A stretch of 64,000 nucleotides of DNA from an uncultured bacterium (GTDB taxonomy: Bacteria; Krumholzibacteriota; Krumholzibacteriia; LZORAL124-64-63), in the NCBI GenBank assembly GCA_963732385.1, contig CAVSZB010000002.1, positions 218,984 to 282,983 of the forward strand, given 5' to 3'. The position numbers and the translations under genes are program-made. Position 1 is the first letter of the stretch. Each line of letters starts with the position of its first letter. Of this stretch, positions 1-9,780 are shown one piece after another. The notes under the pieces were generated by a model. It saw nothing but the letters and a program-made list of their open reading frames with translations. It did no database searches and was not told where the DNA came from.

Positions 1-149
1 CGTGTGCGGGACGCGGCGTCGCGGCGCGGGCAGCTCGGCCGGCAGTAGATGCCGGTCGAGGTCACGGCCGTGAAGAACCAGCCGTCGAAGCGGGCGTCGC
101 GGCTGCGGACCGCCCGGTAGCGCTGCTCGAAGTCGAGGTCGAAGGCCAT
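1..149 (-). CDS. Ada-type metal-binding N-terminal domain protein (Ada/AlkA-like), partial, runs off window
   Basis: Manual translation [41 protein letters not shown] matches the Ada Zn-binding motif ([15 protein letters not shown]). Confidence 0.85.
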   Translation of the reverse strand, partial: MAFDLDFEQRYRAVRSRDARFDGWFFTAVTSTGIYCRPSCPRRDAASRT

Positions 150-286
150 GCCGGCAGGATCGCACGGCGGCCGGGGGGATGCTCGCGGGTTTCGGCCATC
201 GCGAGCGTGGCCACCACGGGCGGTGGGCAGATCGCGGCGAGTCGAGCCCGCGAGCCGACGCCGCGCCGGGACCGGCGAGCTGGGGG

Positions 287-1524
287 CTAGAGCGTGGCGC
301 CCCCGGCAACGAGGAGGACCGCAGTCGCCACGGGCACCACGGCCACCGCGAGCCACTGCACGGCGACCGGCAGGCGGCCCACCGCCAGGCCCCGCGCCGT
401 CGACCCCGGCGCGCCGACGGGCCCGGCGGGCGGCGTCCCGGCCCGGTCGAAGCGACGGGCCGCTGCCAGTACGAGGCCAGCGTGGACCGGATGGGAGGAA
501 CGACGAAGCCGAGCCACAGGCCGGCGAGAAGGCCCCCGACATGGGCCGCGTTGTCGATCCGGACGCCGAGCAGGGCCCCGAACCCGAAGCCGATGATGAG
601 ATTGAGGACGACGAGGAAGCCGATCTGGCTCATGATCGCCCGCCCGCGGCGGTCGAGGACCGGCCGGTGGACGAGGCTGACGACGACGAGGATGCCGCAG
701 AGGCCGAAGATCGCGCCCGAGGCCCCCACGCTGGGAGCCGGGCCGCCGAAGGTGAAGCTGGCCGCGGAGGCGGCCGCCGCCGTCAGGACGTAGAACAGGA
801 CGAACCGCGCGGAGCCGTACAGCTGCTCCACGAGCGGGCCGACGAGGTACAGGAAGTACATGTTGAAGAGCAGGTGCATCCAGCTGCCGTGGACGAGCAC
901 CGGTGTCACGAGCCGCCACAGCTCACCCTCGGCGACGCCCTGCTTGTCGAGCCAGAGCGCCGTCAGCAGCTCCTGCGCCGCCGGCTGGAAGGCGATGACG
1001 GACGTGAGGACCGTGATCGCGATGATGGCGTAGGTCGCCCGCGGCGATGGATCGTCGGCACGGCTCCGCGAGAACCAACGCCCGGCGGCGCGGGTGTCGC
1101 CGAGCTCCTTGTTGAGCCAGCCGAGGCGCGAGGCGATCTCGGGGCGGTCAGCGGCCGGTGCCCGTCGCTCGGCCTCGCGGTAGGCGTCCCGCGCGCCGCG
1201 CAGGTCGCCGTCGCGGACCCGGGCGGCGGCCACCTGGCGGAACGCCCGGTACGTGATCGGGTTCTCGGGGAGCTGGGTCGCCTGCTCCCAGCACTGGCGC
1301 GCCCCCTCGTCGTCGTCGAGCCGGTAGAGCGCCTCGCCGGCGCCCACGAGCGCTGCCGCGGTGAGGCCGGGGTCGGGCATCCCCACGAGCCGCCCGTAGG
1401 CGACCCGCGCGGCCGCGTACTCGCCCGTGGCGAGGAGCTCGTCGGCCCGGGCCAGGAGGGCGGCGGCGGTTGCCCGGTCGAGCGGGCCGGAGGCTCGTGG
1501 GTCGGAGACGGTGGGACCGGTCAT
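287..1524 (-). CDS. Rhomboid intramembrane serine protease with N-terminal TPR-like region (probable frameshift near 430-470)
   Basis: Frame from ATG 1524 (absent from the ORF track) gives helical TPR-like repeats, then [29 protein letters not shown] and NAAHVGG. A hydrophobic C-terminal tail ends at TAG 287 in a neighbouring frame. Confidence 0.85.
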
Positions 1525-1642
1525 CGTCGCGACCGTAGCAGATGGACGACCGGGGCGCCGTCGGGGCCGGGACGACCTGTCCGCCCGATCGGCTGGCATC
1601 TCGGACGGCCCCCGGAGCGCGCTCCGCACTACACTCACGCGC

Positions 1643-2362
1643 ATGTGCGGGCGCTTCACCCAGCAGCGGCCGAGCGCCGAGCTCGCCGCCCTCTTCGCGG
1701 CCGAGGATCTGGCCGAGAGCCCCGGAGAGCGGTACAACCTCGCCCCCCAGCAGCTCGGGCTCGTCGTCGTCGAGCGCGAGGACCTGCGACGGGCGATCGT
1801 CCCCTACCGCTGGGGGCTCATCCCGTCCTGGGCGAAGGAGGCGAAGACCGGGAACCGGCTCATCAACGCCCGGGCCGAGACGGTGGCCAGCACGCCCGCC
1901 TTTCGCGCGTCGTTCGCGAAGCGGCGCTGCATCGTCCCCGCCGACGGGTTCTACGAATGGGAGCGGAAGTCCCCCGAGATCCGCCAGCCGAACCTCATCC
2001 GGCGGATCGACGGCGAGCCGATGGCGTTCGCCGGCCTGTGGTCGATCTGGCGCGATCCGGCCGAGCCCGACGCCGAGCCCGTTCGGACCTTCTCGATCAT
2101 CACGACGGGGGCGAACGCGACGCTCGAGCCGATCCACGATCGGATGCCGGCGATCCTCGCGCCGGCCGACTGGGCCCGCTGGCTCGCGCCCGCGCCGCCC
2201 GACGCCGGCGAGCTCCTCGCCCTGCTCCGGCCGGCCGACGACGGCCTGCTCGAGCGGTTCCCCGTATCCAAGCGCGTCAACAACGCGCGGAACGAGGGCC
2301 CCGACCTCGTGATGCCGCTCGGACCGTCCGGGCCGGAGCCCGGCGAGATCGTGCCGGTCTGA
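1643..2362 (+). CDS. SOS response-associated peptidase (SRAP/YedK/HMCES family)
   Basis: N-terminal MCGRF, YNLAP, INARAET, DGFYEW and IHDRMP motifs. Confidence 0.93.
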   Translation: MCGRFTQQRPSAELAALFAAEDLAESPGERYNLAPQQLGLVVVEREDLRRAIVPYRWGLIPSWAKEAKTGNRLINARAETVASTPAFRASFAKRRCIVPADGFYEWERKSPEIRQPNLIRRIDGEPMAFAGLWSIWRDPAEPDAEPVRTFSIITTGANATLEPIHDRMPAILAPADWARWLAPAPPDAGELLALLRPADDGLLERFPVSKRVNNARNEGPDLVMPLGPSGPEPGEIVPV

Positions 2363-2411
2363 TCGGCGCCTCGAGGCCCGGGCGCTCACCGCCGCGGCGC
2401 ACGCCGCGAGA

Positions 2412-3098
2412 TCAGGCGCCCGCCGCCTCCCAGCCGCCCTCGGCCACCGCGGCCCGCAACGCATCGGCGGCCGGCTCCCCCCGATCCAGCGCCGCCGCGA
2501 ACCGCCCGACGAGGGCCGCGAAGACGCCGTCCGGATCCGCGGGCGGAGCCTCCAGGACGGTCGCGCCGGCGTAGGCCTCGGGAAGCGGCGTGCCCGGGAG
2601 AGCAACGACGACGAGCGCCGCGTCGGCGAACGAGGCCGCGTCGGCAACGACCGCCGCGGCACCCTCGGCGAGGGGTTCGACGGCGACCACGACCCGGTAG
2701 TCGCGGAGGTAGCGGAGGCCGAGCGACAGGTCGGCCGCGTCGAGGGTCAAGCCCGGCGGAGCCGGCAGGCGCCCGTCGGGCGGTGGCTCGACGGGCACGG
2801 CCTCGAGGATGAGCTCGCCGATCGCCGCCTCGGCGCCGTCGAGCTCGCCTTCGTCCCGTTCCGGCGCCAGGGCGGTGGGCCGAGCGGGGTCGCGCAGGAT
2901 GGCGAGATGGCCGATGCCGCCACGCGCGATCGCCAGGAGCAGCTCCTCGCCCGCGCCGTCCTCGCCCACCTTGGCGAGAAGCTCGACCGGCACACCCGCG
3001 GCCGCGGCCGCGAGGGCCGCCTCGCCGGCGATGCCAACGACCTCGCCCCCTCCCGCAGAGCCCGGTCGGAACGCCACGGGGCCGATGCACACGATCAT
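2412..3098 (-). CDS. PfkB/ribokinase-like fold protein, divergent
   Basis: MIVCIG..G.AG..A.AAA..G..V.L.AKVGEDGAGE resembles the PfkB N-terminal signature; no GAGD motif seen. Confidence 0.6.
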   Translation of the reverse strand: MIVCIGPVAFRPGSAGGGEVVGIAGEAALAAAAAGVPVELLAKVGEDGAGEELLLAIARGGIGHLAILRDPARPTALAPERDEGELDGAEAAIGELILEAVPVEPPPDGRLPAPPGLTLDAADLSLGLRYLRDYRVVVAVEPLAEGAAAVVADAASFADAALVVVALPGTPLPEAYAGATVLEAPPADPDGVFAALVGRFAAALDRGEPAADALRAAVAEGGWEAAGA

Positions 3099-3166
3099 GG
3101 CCGCCAGCCTAGCACCGGGGCCGCCGCGGCGAGGGGCCGCCGCACCCGGACGGGCATGCGTCACGG

Positions 3167-3865
3167 TCAGTCGTCGTGGGGCGTCTCGCTCGGCTTCGGG
3201 GTCTTGTCGCCGTCGTCGTGCGTTTCGCTCGGCTCGGGCGTCTCGGTCGGACGCGGCGTCCGTGTCGGCCGAGGCGTCGCGTCCGGGCTGGGGCTCTCCC
3301 TCGGCTCGGGGCTCTCCCTCGGCTCGGGGCTCTCGCTCGGCTCGGGGCTCTCGCTCGGCGTGGCGGACGGGGACGGGCTGGCGCTCGGGGGCGGGCTGGC
3401 CGACGGCGACGCGACGGGCGGGCTCGGGCTGGCGACCTGCGTCGGGATGGGACTCTCGGCCGGTCGGTCGAAGAGGCGCGCCAGGGCGCCGACACCCACG
3501 GCGCCCGCACCCACCGTTCCCACGACCAGGACGAGCACGAGCGCGATCGCGGGCGCCCGGACGGCCACGGGTCGACCGCCGCTCCAGGCGACCCGCCAGA
3601 GGTCGCCGAGCGCGGCCACGACGCCGAGCACGGCGCCCCGCCGGGCCGCGGTCACCGCCGCAACGACGGGCCGGGGCGTGGGCTCGACGGCAATGTCGGC
3701 CATCACGCGGTCGGTGAATCCGGCGCTCGGGGCGATGTCCTCCGTGGCGGCGAGCCACTCCAGCTCACGGGCGGTCGCCATCGCCTCGGCCCGCTCGCCA
3801 GCCGTGGCCGACTCGCCGACCTCGTCGGGTCGGAAGCGGTCGGGTCGGGTCCAGCGCTCGCCCAT
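3167..3865 (-). CDS. Putative anti-sigma factor (single TM, Pro/Ser/Glu-rich tail)
   Basis: ATG overlaps the sigma stop (TGATG); contains APSAGFTDRVMA, a TM helix and ESPEP repeats. Confidence 0.65.
   Translation of the reverse strand: MGERWTRPDRFRPDEVGESATAGERAEAMATARELEWLAATEDIAPSAGFTDRVMADIAVEPTPRPVVAAVTAARRGAVLGVVAALGDLWRVAWSGGRPVAVRAPAIALVLVLVVGTVGAGAVGVGALARLFDRPAESPIPTQVASPSPPVASPSASPPPSASPSPSATPSESPEPSESPEPRESPEPRESPSPDATPRPTRTPRPTETPEPSETHDDGDKTPKPSETPHDD
3286..3358 (-). repeat. 18-nt coding tandem repeat (ESPEP[R/S]) about x4
   Basis: GGCTCGGGGCTCTC(C/G)CTC repeated on the + strand. Confidence 0.8.
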
Positions 3866-4488
3866 CAGGTCACGCCCCCCGCCTCGAGGGAGCGGCGAAG
3901 TCGCTCGAGCCCCCGATGGAGATGGGTCTTCACGGTCCCGAGCGGCCGATCGCACTGGTCGGCGATCTCGGCCAGCGAGAGCTCGCCGAAGAAGCGCAGG
4001 ACGAGGACCTCGCGATAGGGCTCCTCGAGGCCGGCGACCGCGGTCCGGATCGCCGCGGCTCGTTCCGCGCGAACGGCGAGCTGGGCGGGATCCGGCATGC
4101 TTCCGAACGCGGCCGTGAGCGCCGCCTCCCCGACCCGCTCGCGGCCGCCGGACCGGGACGCGTCGTCGGACACGGGCGTCGGGTCGATCCAGGCCACGGG
4201 GCGCCGCCGGCCGGCGCGCCGGACCGCGATCCGCGTTGCGATCCGGGAGAGCCAGGCGCCGAACGGGCCGTCGCCGCGCCAGGTCCCGAGGGCGCGATAG
4301 GCGGTCACGAAGGCCTCCTGCGCAGCGTCCTCGGCCTCGTGAAGGTCGCCCAGGATCCGGTAGCAGGTGCGGACGACGCTGCGCGACTCCCGCTCGACGA
4401 GGGCCCGGAACGCATCGGCGTCGCCCGACAGGACGGCGGCGACGACACGCCGTGCCTCCGAGTCGTCGGACGGGGAGGATCGGTGCAA
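3865..4488 (-). CDS. ECF RNA polymerase sigma factor
   Basis: GDADAFRALV, AEDAAQEAFV..Y, WLSRIA, and region 4 LSLAEIA..PLGTVKTHLHRG. Confidence 0.93.
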   Translation of the reverse strand: MHRSSPSDDSEARRVVAAVLSGDADAFRALVERESRSVVRTCYRILGDLHEAEDAAQEAFVTAYRALGTWRGDGPFGAWLSRIATRIAVRRAGRRRPVAWIDPTPVSDDASRSGGRERVGEAALTAAFGSMPDPAQLAVRAERAAAIRTAVAGLEEPYREVLVLRFFGELSLAEIADQCDRPLGTVKTHLHRGLERLRRSLEAGGVT

Positions 4489-4652
4489 GTCGAGATCGCG
4501 CGCGGTGTCGATCGCGAGGCCTCCGGCGTGACGGCGACCCGCGGGGCGGGGTACCGCCGTTGACGATACCCCGCGAGTCGGCTCGCGTGCGGGAAGATCG
4601 TCATCTGGGTGGGTCCTCGCCCGGCGGGCGCCGGGATGCGTGACGCGGAGCG

Positions 4653-5134
4653 TCAGTCGTCCTCGCCGTGATCGTCGTGGTCACCGTCGTCGTGGTCACC
4701 GTCGTCGTGGTCACCGTCGTCGTGGTCACCGTCGTCGTCCTCGTCGTCCGGAGACGCGGACGGGCGCGGGCTCGCGTGGTCGTCGTCGCGGACCTTCGGC
4801 GAGGACGTCGGCTCGGCGGTCTCGGCCGGCTCTTCGGTCTCGGCCGGCTCTTCGGTCTCGGCTGGCTCGGCCGTCGCGTCGTCGTCGGGCGACCCCGTCG
4901 GCTCGGCGGTTCCGTCGGGCTCGAAGGTCGCGTCGTCGGAAGCCACCGGCGAGGACGTCGCCTCGAACGTCGCCCCCTCGGAGGAATCGTCCGACCCGAA
5001 CGTCGCGGCGGGGGCCGTGTCGGGAGCCGCGGGGACCATCACGGCGCTCGCGGCAAACGCAACGCCGGTGACGAGGAAGGCGGAAACGGCCGCGGCCGCG
5101 ATGCCACGAACGATTCCGGGCGCAGGCGATCCAT
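4653..5134 (-). CDS. Secreted acidic low-complexity protein with His/Asp-repeat tail (one probable indel near the start)
   Basis: SD GGAGGA precedes ATG 5134. One frame shift joins it to the signal-like GIAAAAVSAFLVTGVAFA, then T/E/P-rich sequence and (DDGDH)x4. Confidence 0.65.
4672..4731 (-). repeat. 15-nt tandem repeat x4 encoding DDGDH
   Basis: TCGTCGTGGTCACCG x4 on the + strand. Confidence 0.9.
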
Positions 5135-5243
5135 CAGGCGAGGTTCCTCCAGGTGCAAAGCGGGCCGGTCGGTCCGGTCTCCGCGCCGCCGGTCGCGCGA
5201 CCGGCCCGCTGCACCCATTGAGGCGGGATCCTGGCGGAAGGTT

Positions 5244-6650
5244 TCAGCCCGTGGGCCGGCCGCCCGCCTCCTCGTCCCGGATCAGCTCGAGCTCGCCGAT
5301 CCCGAGCGCCTCGACGTCGGCCGCGACACGGTCGGCGTCGCCGACGATGACGACGCCGAGCCGCTCCAGGTCAAGGTGGGCGCGCGCCGCGGCGAGCACG
5401 TCGGCTGCGGTCACGGCCTCGACGGCCGGCCGGTAGCGATCGAGCTCGTCGTCCGGGAGCCCATAGGTGACGAGCCCGCCGACCGCCGAGACCACCGGAC
5501 CCGGCGTCTCGAAGCGGAGCGGGAAGACGCCGACGAGGTAGTCGCGGGCCGCCCGCAGCTCGGCGTCGGTCGGCGGCGCCTCCCGCATCCGGAGCAGCTC
5601 GGCGACGAGGTCGGCGAGCGCCGGCGCTGTCGCGTCCGTGTTCACGGCGGCACGGGCGGTGAACGGCCCCGCGAAGCGCCGCATGTCGAACCCGGCTCCG
5701 GCCCCGTACGTGTAGCCCTTTTCCTCCCGGAGCTTCATGTTCAGGCGGCTGTTGAAGAGGCCGCCGAGGATCGCCGACATGACCGCGACGGCGTGGTAGT
5801 CCGCGACCCGGCGCGGCAGGCCCGGATGGCCCACCCGCAGCTCCGACTGGACGGATCCCGGGCGGTGGACGATCCGCACCACCGGCCGCTCGAGGCGACC
5901 AGCCACGTGGGAAAGCGGCGGCGCGACGGCCCCGGTCGCCGGGGCGAGGTCGCCGAGCAGCGGCTCGAGAATCAGCGGGAGGTCGATTCCGGAGAGGTCG
6001 CCGCCCACGACGAGCGCGCAGCGGTCGAAGCCGGCCCAGGTGCGGAAGGCGGCGGCGGCGGCCGCATCGTCCAGGCCGGCCACCGTCGCTCGGGCGCCGC
6101 CGGCGGGGCGCGCGTACGGGGTTGCCGGATCGTAGATCGTGGCGAGGTACTCCTCCTCGGCCCGGCGACCGGGGTCGGCCTTCGCCTGCAGGAGGTCGTT
6201 GAGCCGCTGGTCGCGGAGGCGCTCGACTTCCCGCGGCGGGAAGGCAGGCTCACGGGCGACCTCGGCCAGGAGCGCGAGGGCCGCGGCGAGGCGCTCGGCC
6301 GGCACGTCGACCCCGACGACCGTCGCGTCCCAGCCTGCCTCGGATCGGAGCGATGCGCCGAGCCGCTCCGACTCCTCGACGAGCGCGATCGCGTCGCGTC
6401 GCAACGTCCCTTCCGTGAGCGACCGCGCGGCGAGGACGGTCACCCCACCGCGCTCGGCCGGCTCGTCGACGGCGCCCATCGGGAGCGACAGGCTGGCCGT
6501 GACGAGGAACCTGCCGGGCAGGTGGACCGCGTGGACCGGCAGCCCGCCGGAGAGCCGGCCCCGCTCGACGGCAGGGAAGGCGAACGGCCGGGGCGTGCCG
6601 GGCACCGGCCGCAGGCCGAGCGCCGCCTCGAGCGGATCGGTCGTGCTCAT
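5244..6650 (-). CDS. M16 (pitrilysin) family peptidase, non-catalytic subunit
   Basis: ILGGLFNSRLNMKLREEKGYTYG; lacks HxxEH. Confidence 0.9.
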   Translation of the reverse strand: MSTTDPLEAALGLRPVPGTPRPFAFPAVERGRLSGGLPVHAVHLPGRFLVTASLSLPMGAVDEPAERGGVTVLAARSLTEGTLRRDAIALVEESERLGASLRSEAGWDATVVGVDVPAERLAAALALLAEVAREPAFPPREVERLRDQRLNDLLQAKADPGRRAEEEYLATIYDPATPYARPAGGARATVAGLDDAAAAAAFRTWAGFDRCALVVGGDLSGIDLPLILEPLLGDLAPATGAVAPPLSHVAGRLERPVVRIVHRPGSVQSELRVGHPGLPRRVADYHAVAVMSAILGGLFNSRLNMKLREEKGYTYGAGAGFDMRRFAGPFTARAAVNTDATAPALADLVAELLRMREAPPTDAELRAARDYLVGVFPLRFETPGPVVSAVGGLVTYGLPDDELDRYRPAVEAVTAADVLAAARAHLDLERLGVVIVGDADRVAADVEALGIGELELIRDEEAGGRPTG

Positions 6651-8044
6651 GCCGGAACCTCCGTCGAGTCGTCCTGGATCGGCCCGCCGCCGTCACCGGC
6701 GTCCGCATCGCCGGTCTCGACGTCGCCCGTCGCCGCGTCGCCCGGGGCGGGTTTCGCGCCCTCGCCGCCGGCGGCGGCCGGGAGATACGTCATCACGACG
6801 CGGTTGTGATCGACAAGGAGCTCCGCGCAGACGGCGCGCACGTCGGCCGCTGTCGCGGCGAGGAATCGCCCGAGCTGGCGGTTGACCTCGCCCGGGTCGT
6901 CGAGGAGGGTGGCGAACATGCCGAGGCGATCGGCCCGCTCGGCGACCCGCTGGAGCGCCCCGAGCTCGTCGGTCTCGATGAGGGCCTTGGCCCTGGCCAG
7001 CTCGTCGTCGGTGATCTCCTCGGTCGTCAGACGGGCGATCTCCGCGAGAAACCCCGCCTCGACCAGCTCGCGATCGGCGTCGGGCCGGACGGTCGCCCAC
7101 CCCATGAACACGGACGGTCCCGACGAGAACGGCAGCAGGAAGAGGGCGACGTCCTGGGCGATCCGAGACTCCCGCACGAGGCGGCGGTGCAGACGGCTCC
7201 CCTTGCCGCCGGCAAGGACCTGGCAGGCGATCTCGAGTGGATACAGGCGGTCGTCGCCGAGCGCGGGGGCGCGCCACGCCGCGTAGATGCGCGGCAGCGG
7301 AACGCGGTCCTCCACCGTCTCGCGGCGCTCGCCGCCGAGCGTCATCGGCAGCGGGTCGACCGCGAACGGGGGAATGGCCGGGTTCGCCGGGATCGGGCCG
7401 AAGTACCGCTCCACCCACGCCCGGGCCTGGGCCGGGTCGACGTCGCCGACGATCGAGAGGACGGCGTTGTTCGGCGCGTAGTAGGTCCGAAAGAACGCGG
7501 AGACGTCCTCGAGCGACGCCGCGTCGAGGTCCTCCATCGAGCCGATCGTGGGGTGGTGGTAGGGATGGTCCGGCGGGTAGAGGTGGCCGAGGACCTTCTC
7601 CTGCCACGAGCCGTAGGGCTGGTTGTCGTACGAGAGACGCTTCTCGTTCTTGACGACCGCCCGCTGGTTGTCGAGGTTCTCCTGGCTCAGCGCGTCGAGG
7701 AGCGTCGCGAGCCGGTCGGCCTCGAGCCAGATCGCGAGCTCGAGCTGGTGGGCCGGCACGGTCTCGAAGTAGTTGGTGCGGTCGAGCCAGGTCGTCCCGT
7801 TCATGGTGCCGCCCGCCGCCTGCACGAGGGCGATGTGCTCGGCCTTCGCCACGTGCCGGCTGCCCTGGAACATGACGTGCTCGAAGAGGTGGGCGAAGCC
7901 GGTCCTGCCGGGCTGCTCGTGCTTGCTCCCGACGTCGTACCAGACGTTCACGGCGACGACCGGCACGAGGTGGTCCTCGCTGATGAGGAGGCGCAGCCCG
8001 TTCGGGAGGCGCTCGTCCGAGAAGGGCACGGCGGGAACCGGCAT
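6647..8044 (-). CDS. M16 (pitrilysin) family peptidase, catalytic subunit
   Basis: LPNGL, WYDVGS, GFAHLFEH (HxxEH), DRTNYFE. Confidence 0.93.
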   Translation of the reverse strand: MPVPAVPFSDERLPNGLRLLISEDHLVPVVAVNVWYDVGSKHEQPGRTGFAHLFEHVMFQGSRHVAKAEHIALVQAAGGTMNGTTWLDRTNYFETVPAHQLELAIWLEADRLATLLDALSQENLDNQRAVVKNEKRLSYDNQPYGSWQEKVLGHLYPPDHPYHHPTIGSMEDLDAASLEDVSAFFRTYYAPNNAVLSIVGDVDPAQARAWVERYFGPIPANPAIPPFAVDPLPMTLGGERRETVEDRVPLPRIYAAWRAPALGDDRLYPLEIACQVLAGGKGSRLHRRLVRESRIAQDVALFLLPFSSGPSVFMGWATVRPDADRELVEAGFLAEIARLTTEEITDDELARAKALIETDELGALQRVAERADRLGMFATLLDDPGEVNRQLGRFLAATAADVRAVCAELLVDHNRVVMTYLPAAAGGEGAKPAPGDAATGDVETGDADAGDGGGPIQDDSTEVPA

Positions 8045-8207
8045 GCAGGCCTCGTCAGGTGCGGGAGTGAGCCGGGCGATTGTAGGGCCGCCGGCTCGAC
8101 TGCGCGCCGGGGGTCGCACGAGGCCGGGTCGCATGGCGCCCCCGCTGCCGGCGACGCGTGACGCGGCGACGACGGCCGGTCGTCCCGAGTCCCGCGACAG
8201 GAAGCAC

Positions 8208-8246
8208 TTGACAAGCGTCGAATTCATGTTAGATTGCCGTCTAACA
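8208..8246 (+). promoter_or_regulatory. Sigma70 promoter overlapped by a palindromic operator
   Basis: TTGACA (8208-13), 16 nt spacer, TAGATT (8230-35); perfect inverted repeat TGTTAGA-N6-TCTAACA at 8227-8246. Confidence 0.75.
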
Positions 8247-8271
8247 AGAGACTCAACACGAGGAACGCCCG

Positions 8272-9384
8272 ATGGCCCGTCCCGCCCGCACCGCCACCAC
8301 GACCCGGCCCGCCCGGGCGCTCGTGCGCGACATGACCGGCGCCCCGGCCGCCCCGGCCGCCCCCCAGGTCGTCCTCGAGGCGCGGCCCGCGGTCGACTTC
8401 CTCGTCAGCCTCATGCTCGACACCGAGCCCGAGCTGCTTCCCGTCGACCGGACCTGGCTCGAGGACGCCCGCGCGTCGCTCTCGGACGCCCTGCGTCGCG
8501 ACCACGCCCGCCAGTTCGGGAGCTCACCCACGGGCAAGGGCCTCGGGATGGCGCTCGTGCCGCTCGCCATCCAGGATACGGGCGTCCGCACGGCCGCGGA
8601 CGTCGTCGCCCTGGCCGCGCGCATCGAGGCCCGTGACCTCCTGGCCACGGCCTGCGAGGACGACGAGCTGCAGGTCCCGCTGGAGCTGGCACTGCGCGTG
8701 CTCGGCGGCGAGGCGGCGCTCCGCGACGAGGCGGTCGCGGCCTGTCCCGACGTCCTCCGCGGGGCCGTTGGCCGCCTCCTCGACGATCCGACGGCCGAGC
8801 TGCGCGCCATGCGGCGCGTCGTGCGCGCCTGGGCCGAGCGCTTCGCCTCGATCGAGGCGCGCGTCGCGGCGATGGAGCAGCGCGACGTGGATGGACGCCG
8901 GGCCGATCTCGGGCGCCTGCCCCTCGGGGAGTTCGTCGAGCGGGCGACGGGCGGCGTGCGCTGGACGCAGAAGGCGGGTACGCGCCGCCTCTTCCTGAGC
9001 CCGAGCTACTTCACCCGGCCGTACAACTACGTCTTCGGCGGCAGCGACTGGCACATGTTCGCCTATCCCCTCGCCGACGGCGCGCTCGGGGCCGAGGCCG
9101 CCATGGTCCCGGCCGCGAGCATCCGCCTCTTCAAGGCCCTGGGCGACGAGAGCCGCCTCCGGATCCTCCGCCTCCTCGCCTCGGGAGACCTCTACCTGAC
9201 CGAGATCGCCGAGCGGATGGGCCTCTCGAAGCCCACCGTCAGCCACCATCTCGCCTTGCTGCGGGCGGCCGGCCTGGTGACGATCACCGAGGCGGGATCG
9301 CTCACCTACTACAGCCTCCGCCGCGACCGGATCCTCAGCGCCGGCGTCGAGCTCGCCCAGTTCCTCGGCGAGCCGGCGCCCTAG
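8272..9384 (+). CDS. ArsR/SmtB-family regulator with long N-terminal domain
   Basis: C-terminal FKALGDESRLRILRLL..EIAERMGLSKPTVSHHLALLRAAGLV winged HTH. Confidence 0.88.
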   Translation: MARPARTATTTRPARALVRDMTGAPAAPAAPQVVLEARPAVDFLVSLMLDTEPELLPVDRTWLEDARASLSDALRRDHARQFGSSPTGKGLGMALVPLAIQDTGVRTAADVVALAARIEARDLLATACEDDELQVPLELALRVLGGEAALRDEAVAACPDVLRGAVGRLLDDPTAELRAMRRVVRAWAERFASIEARVAAMEQRDVDGRRADLGRLPLGEFVERATGGVRWTQKAGTRRLFLSPSYFTRPYNYVFGGSDWHMFAYPLADGALGAEAAMVPAASIRLFKALGDESRLRILRLLASGDLYLTEIAERMGLSKPTVSHHLALLRAAGLVTITEAGSLTYYSLRRDRILSAGVELAQFLGEPAP

Positions 9385-9440
9385 GCGCGACGAGCGGCAA
9401 TCCAACCAGCACGACCCAGAAGCGGTCAGCGACCACAGAG

Positions 9441-9460
9441 CGTTAGATAGGCATCGAACG
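9441..9460 (+). promoter_or_regulatory. Second copy of the operator palindrome
   Basis: CGTTAGA-N6-TCGAACG immediately before the SD of the 9474 gene. Confidence 0.6.
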
Positions 9461-9473
9461 AGGGGATGACGAG

Positions 9474-9740
9474 ATGCAGACGACGATCCGGCTCGGCGCT
9501 CCGCCGACCACACCCACCTCCACCATCACGCTGTACGCGGGCGACGGGATGCACACGACCGGGGCCGAGATCGACTTCCGGATGCGGCGACTGGCCGCCG
9601 AGGCCCAGCACGAGCGCTCGACGCGCTCCCGCGACGGCCTGCGACGGACGGTCGGCCATTCGCTCATCGCCCTCGGGCGGGCGATCCACGGCCTCGAGCC
9701 GGACCCGCCCGCTCGGCGGCCGGCGCTCAGGGCCCGGTGA
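9474..9740 (+). CDS. Small hypothetical protein (88 aa)
   Basis: SD GAGGGG, GC3-biased codons, terminator-like hairpin downstream. Confidence 0.7.
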   Translation: MQTTIRLGAPPTTPTSTITLYAGDGMHTTGAEIDFRMRRLAAEAQHERSTRSRDGLRRTVGHSLIALGRAIHGLEPDPPARRPALRAR

Positions 9741-9780
9741 GTTGCCGGGGTCGAGCCCGGCCCGCACCCGCCGACATGAC

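Noticed and set aside
148..2574. Long ORFs such as 148-2574(+), 4668-6809(+), 23859-26516(+), 27174-29588(+) and 40706-43141(+)
   Set aside because: Shadow frames of real genes in stop-poor GC-rich DNA; Arg/Pro/Gly-rich with no motifs.
4672..4731. Tandem repeats here and at about 3290, 16780 and 40690 as CRISPR arrays
   Set aside because: No unique spacers and no cas genes; three of the four are in-frame coding repeats.
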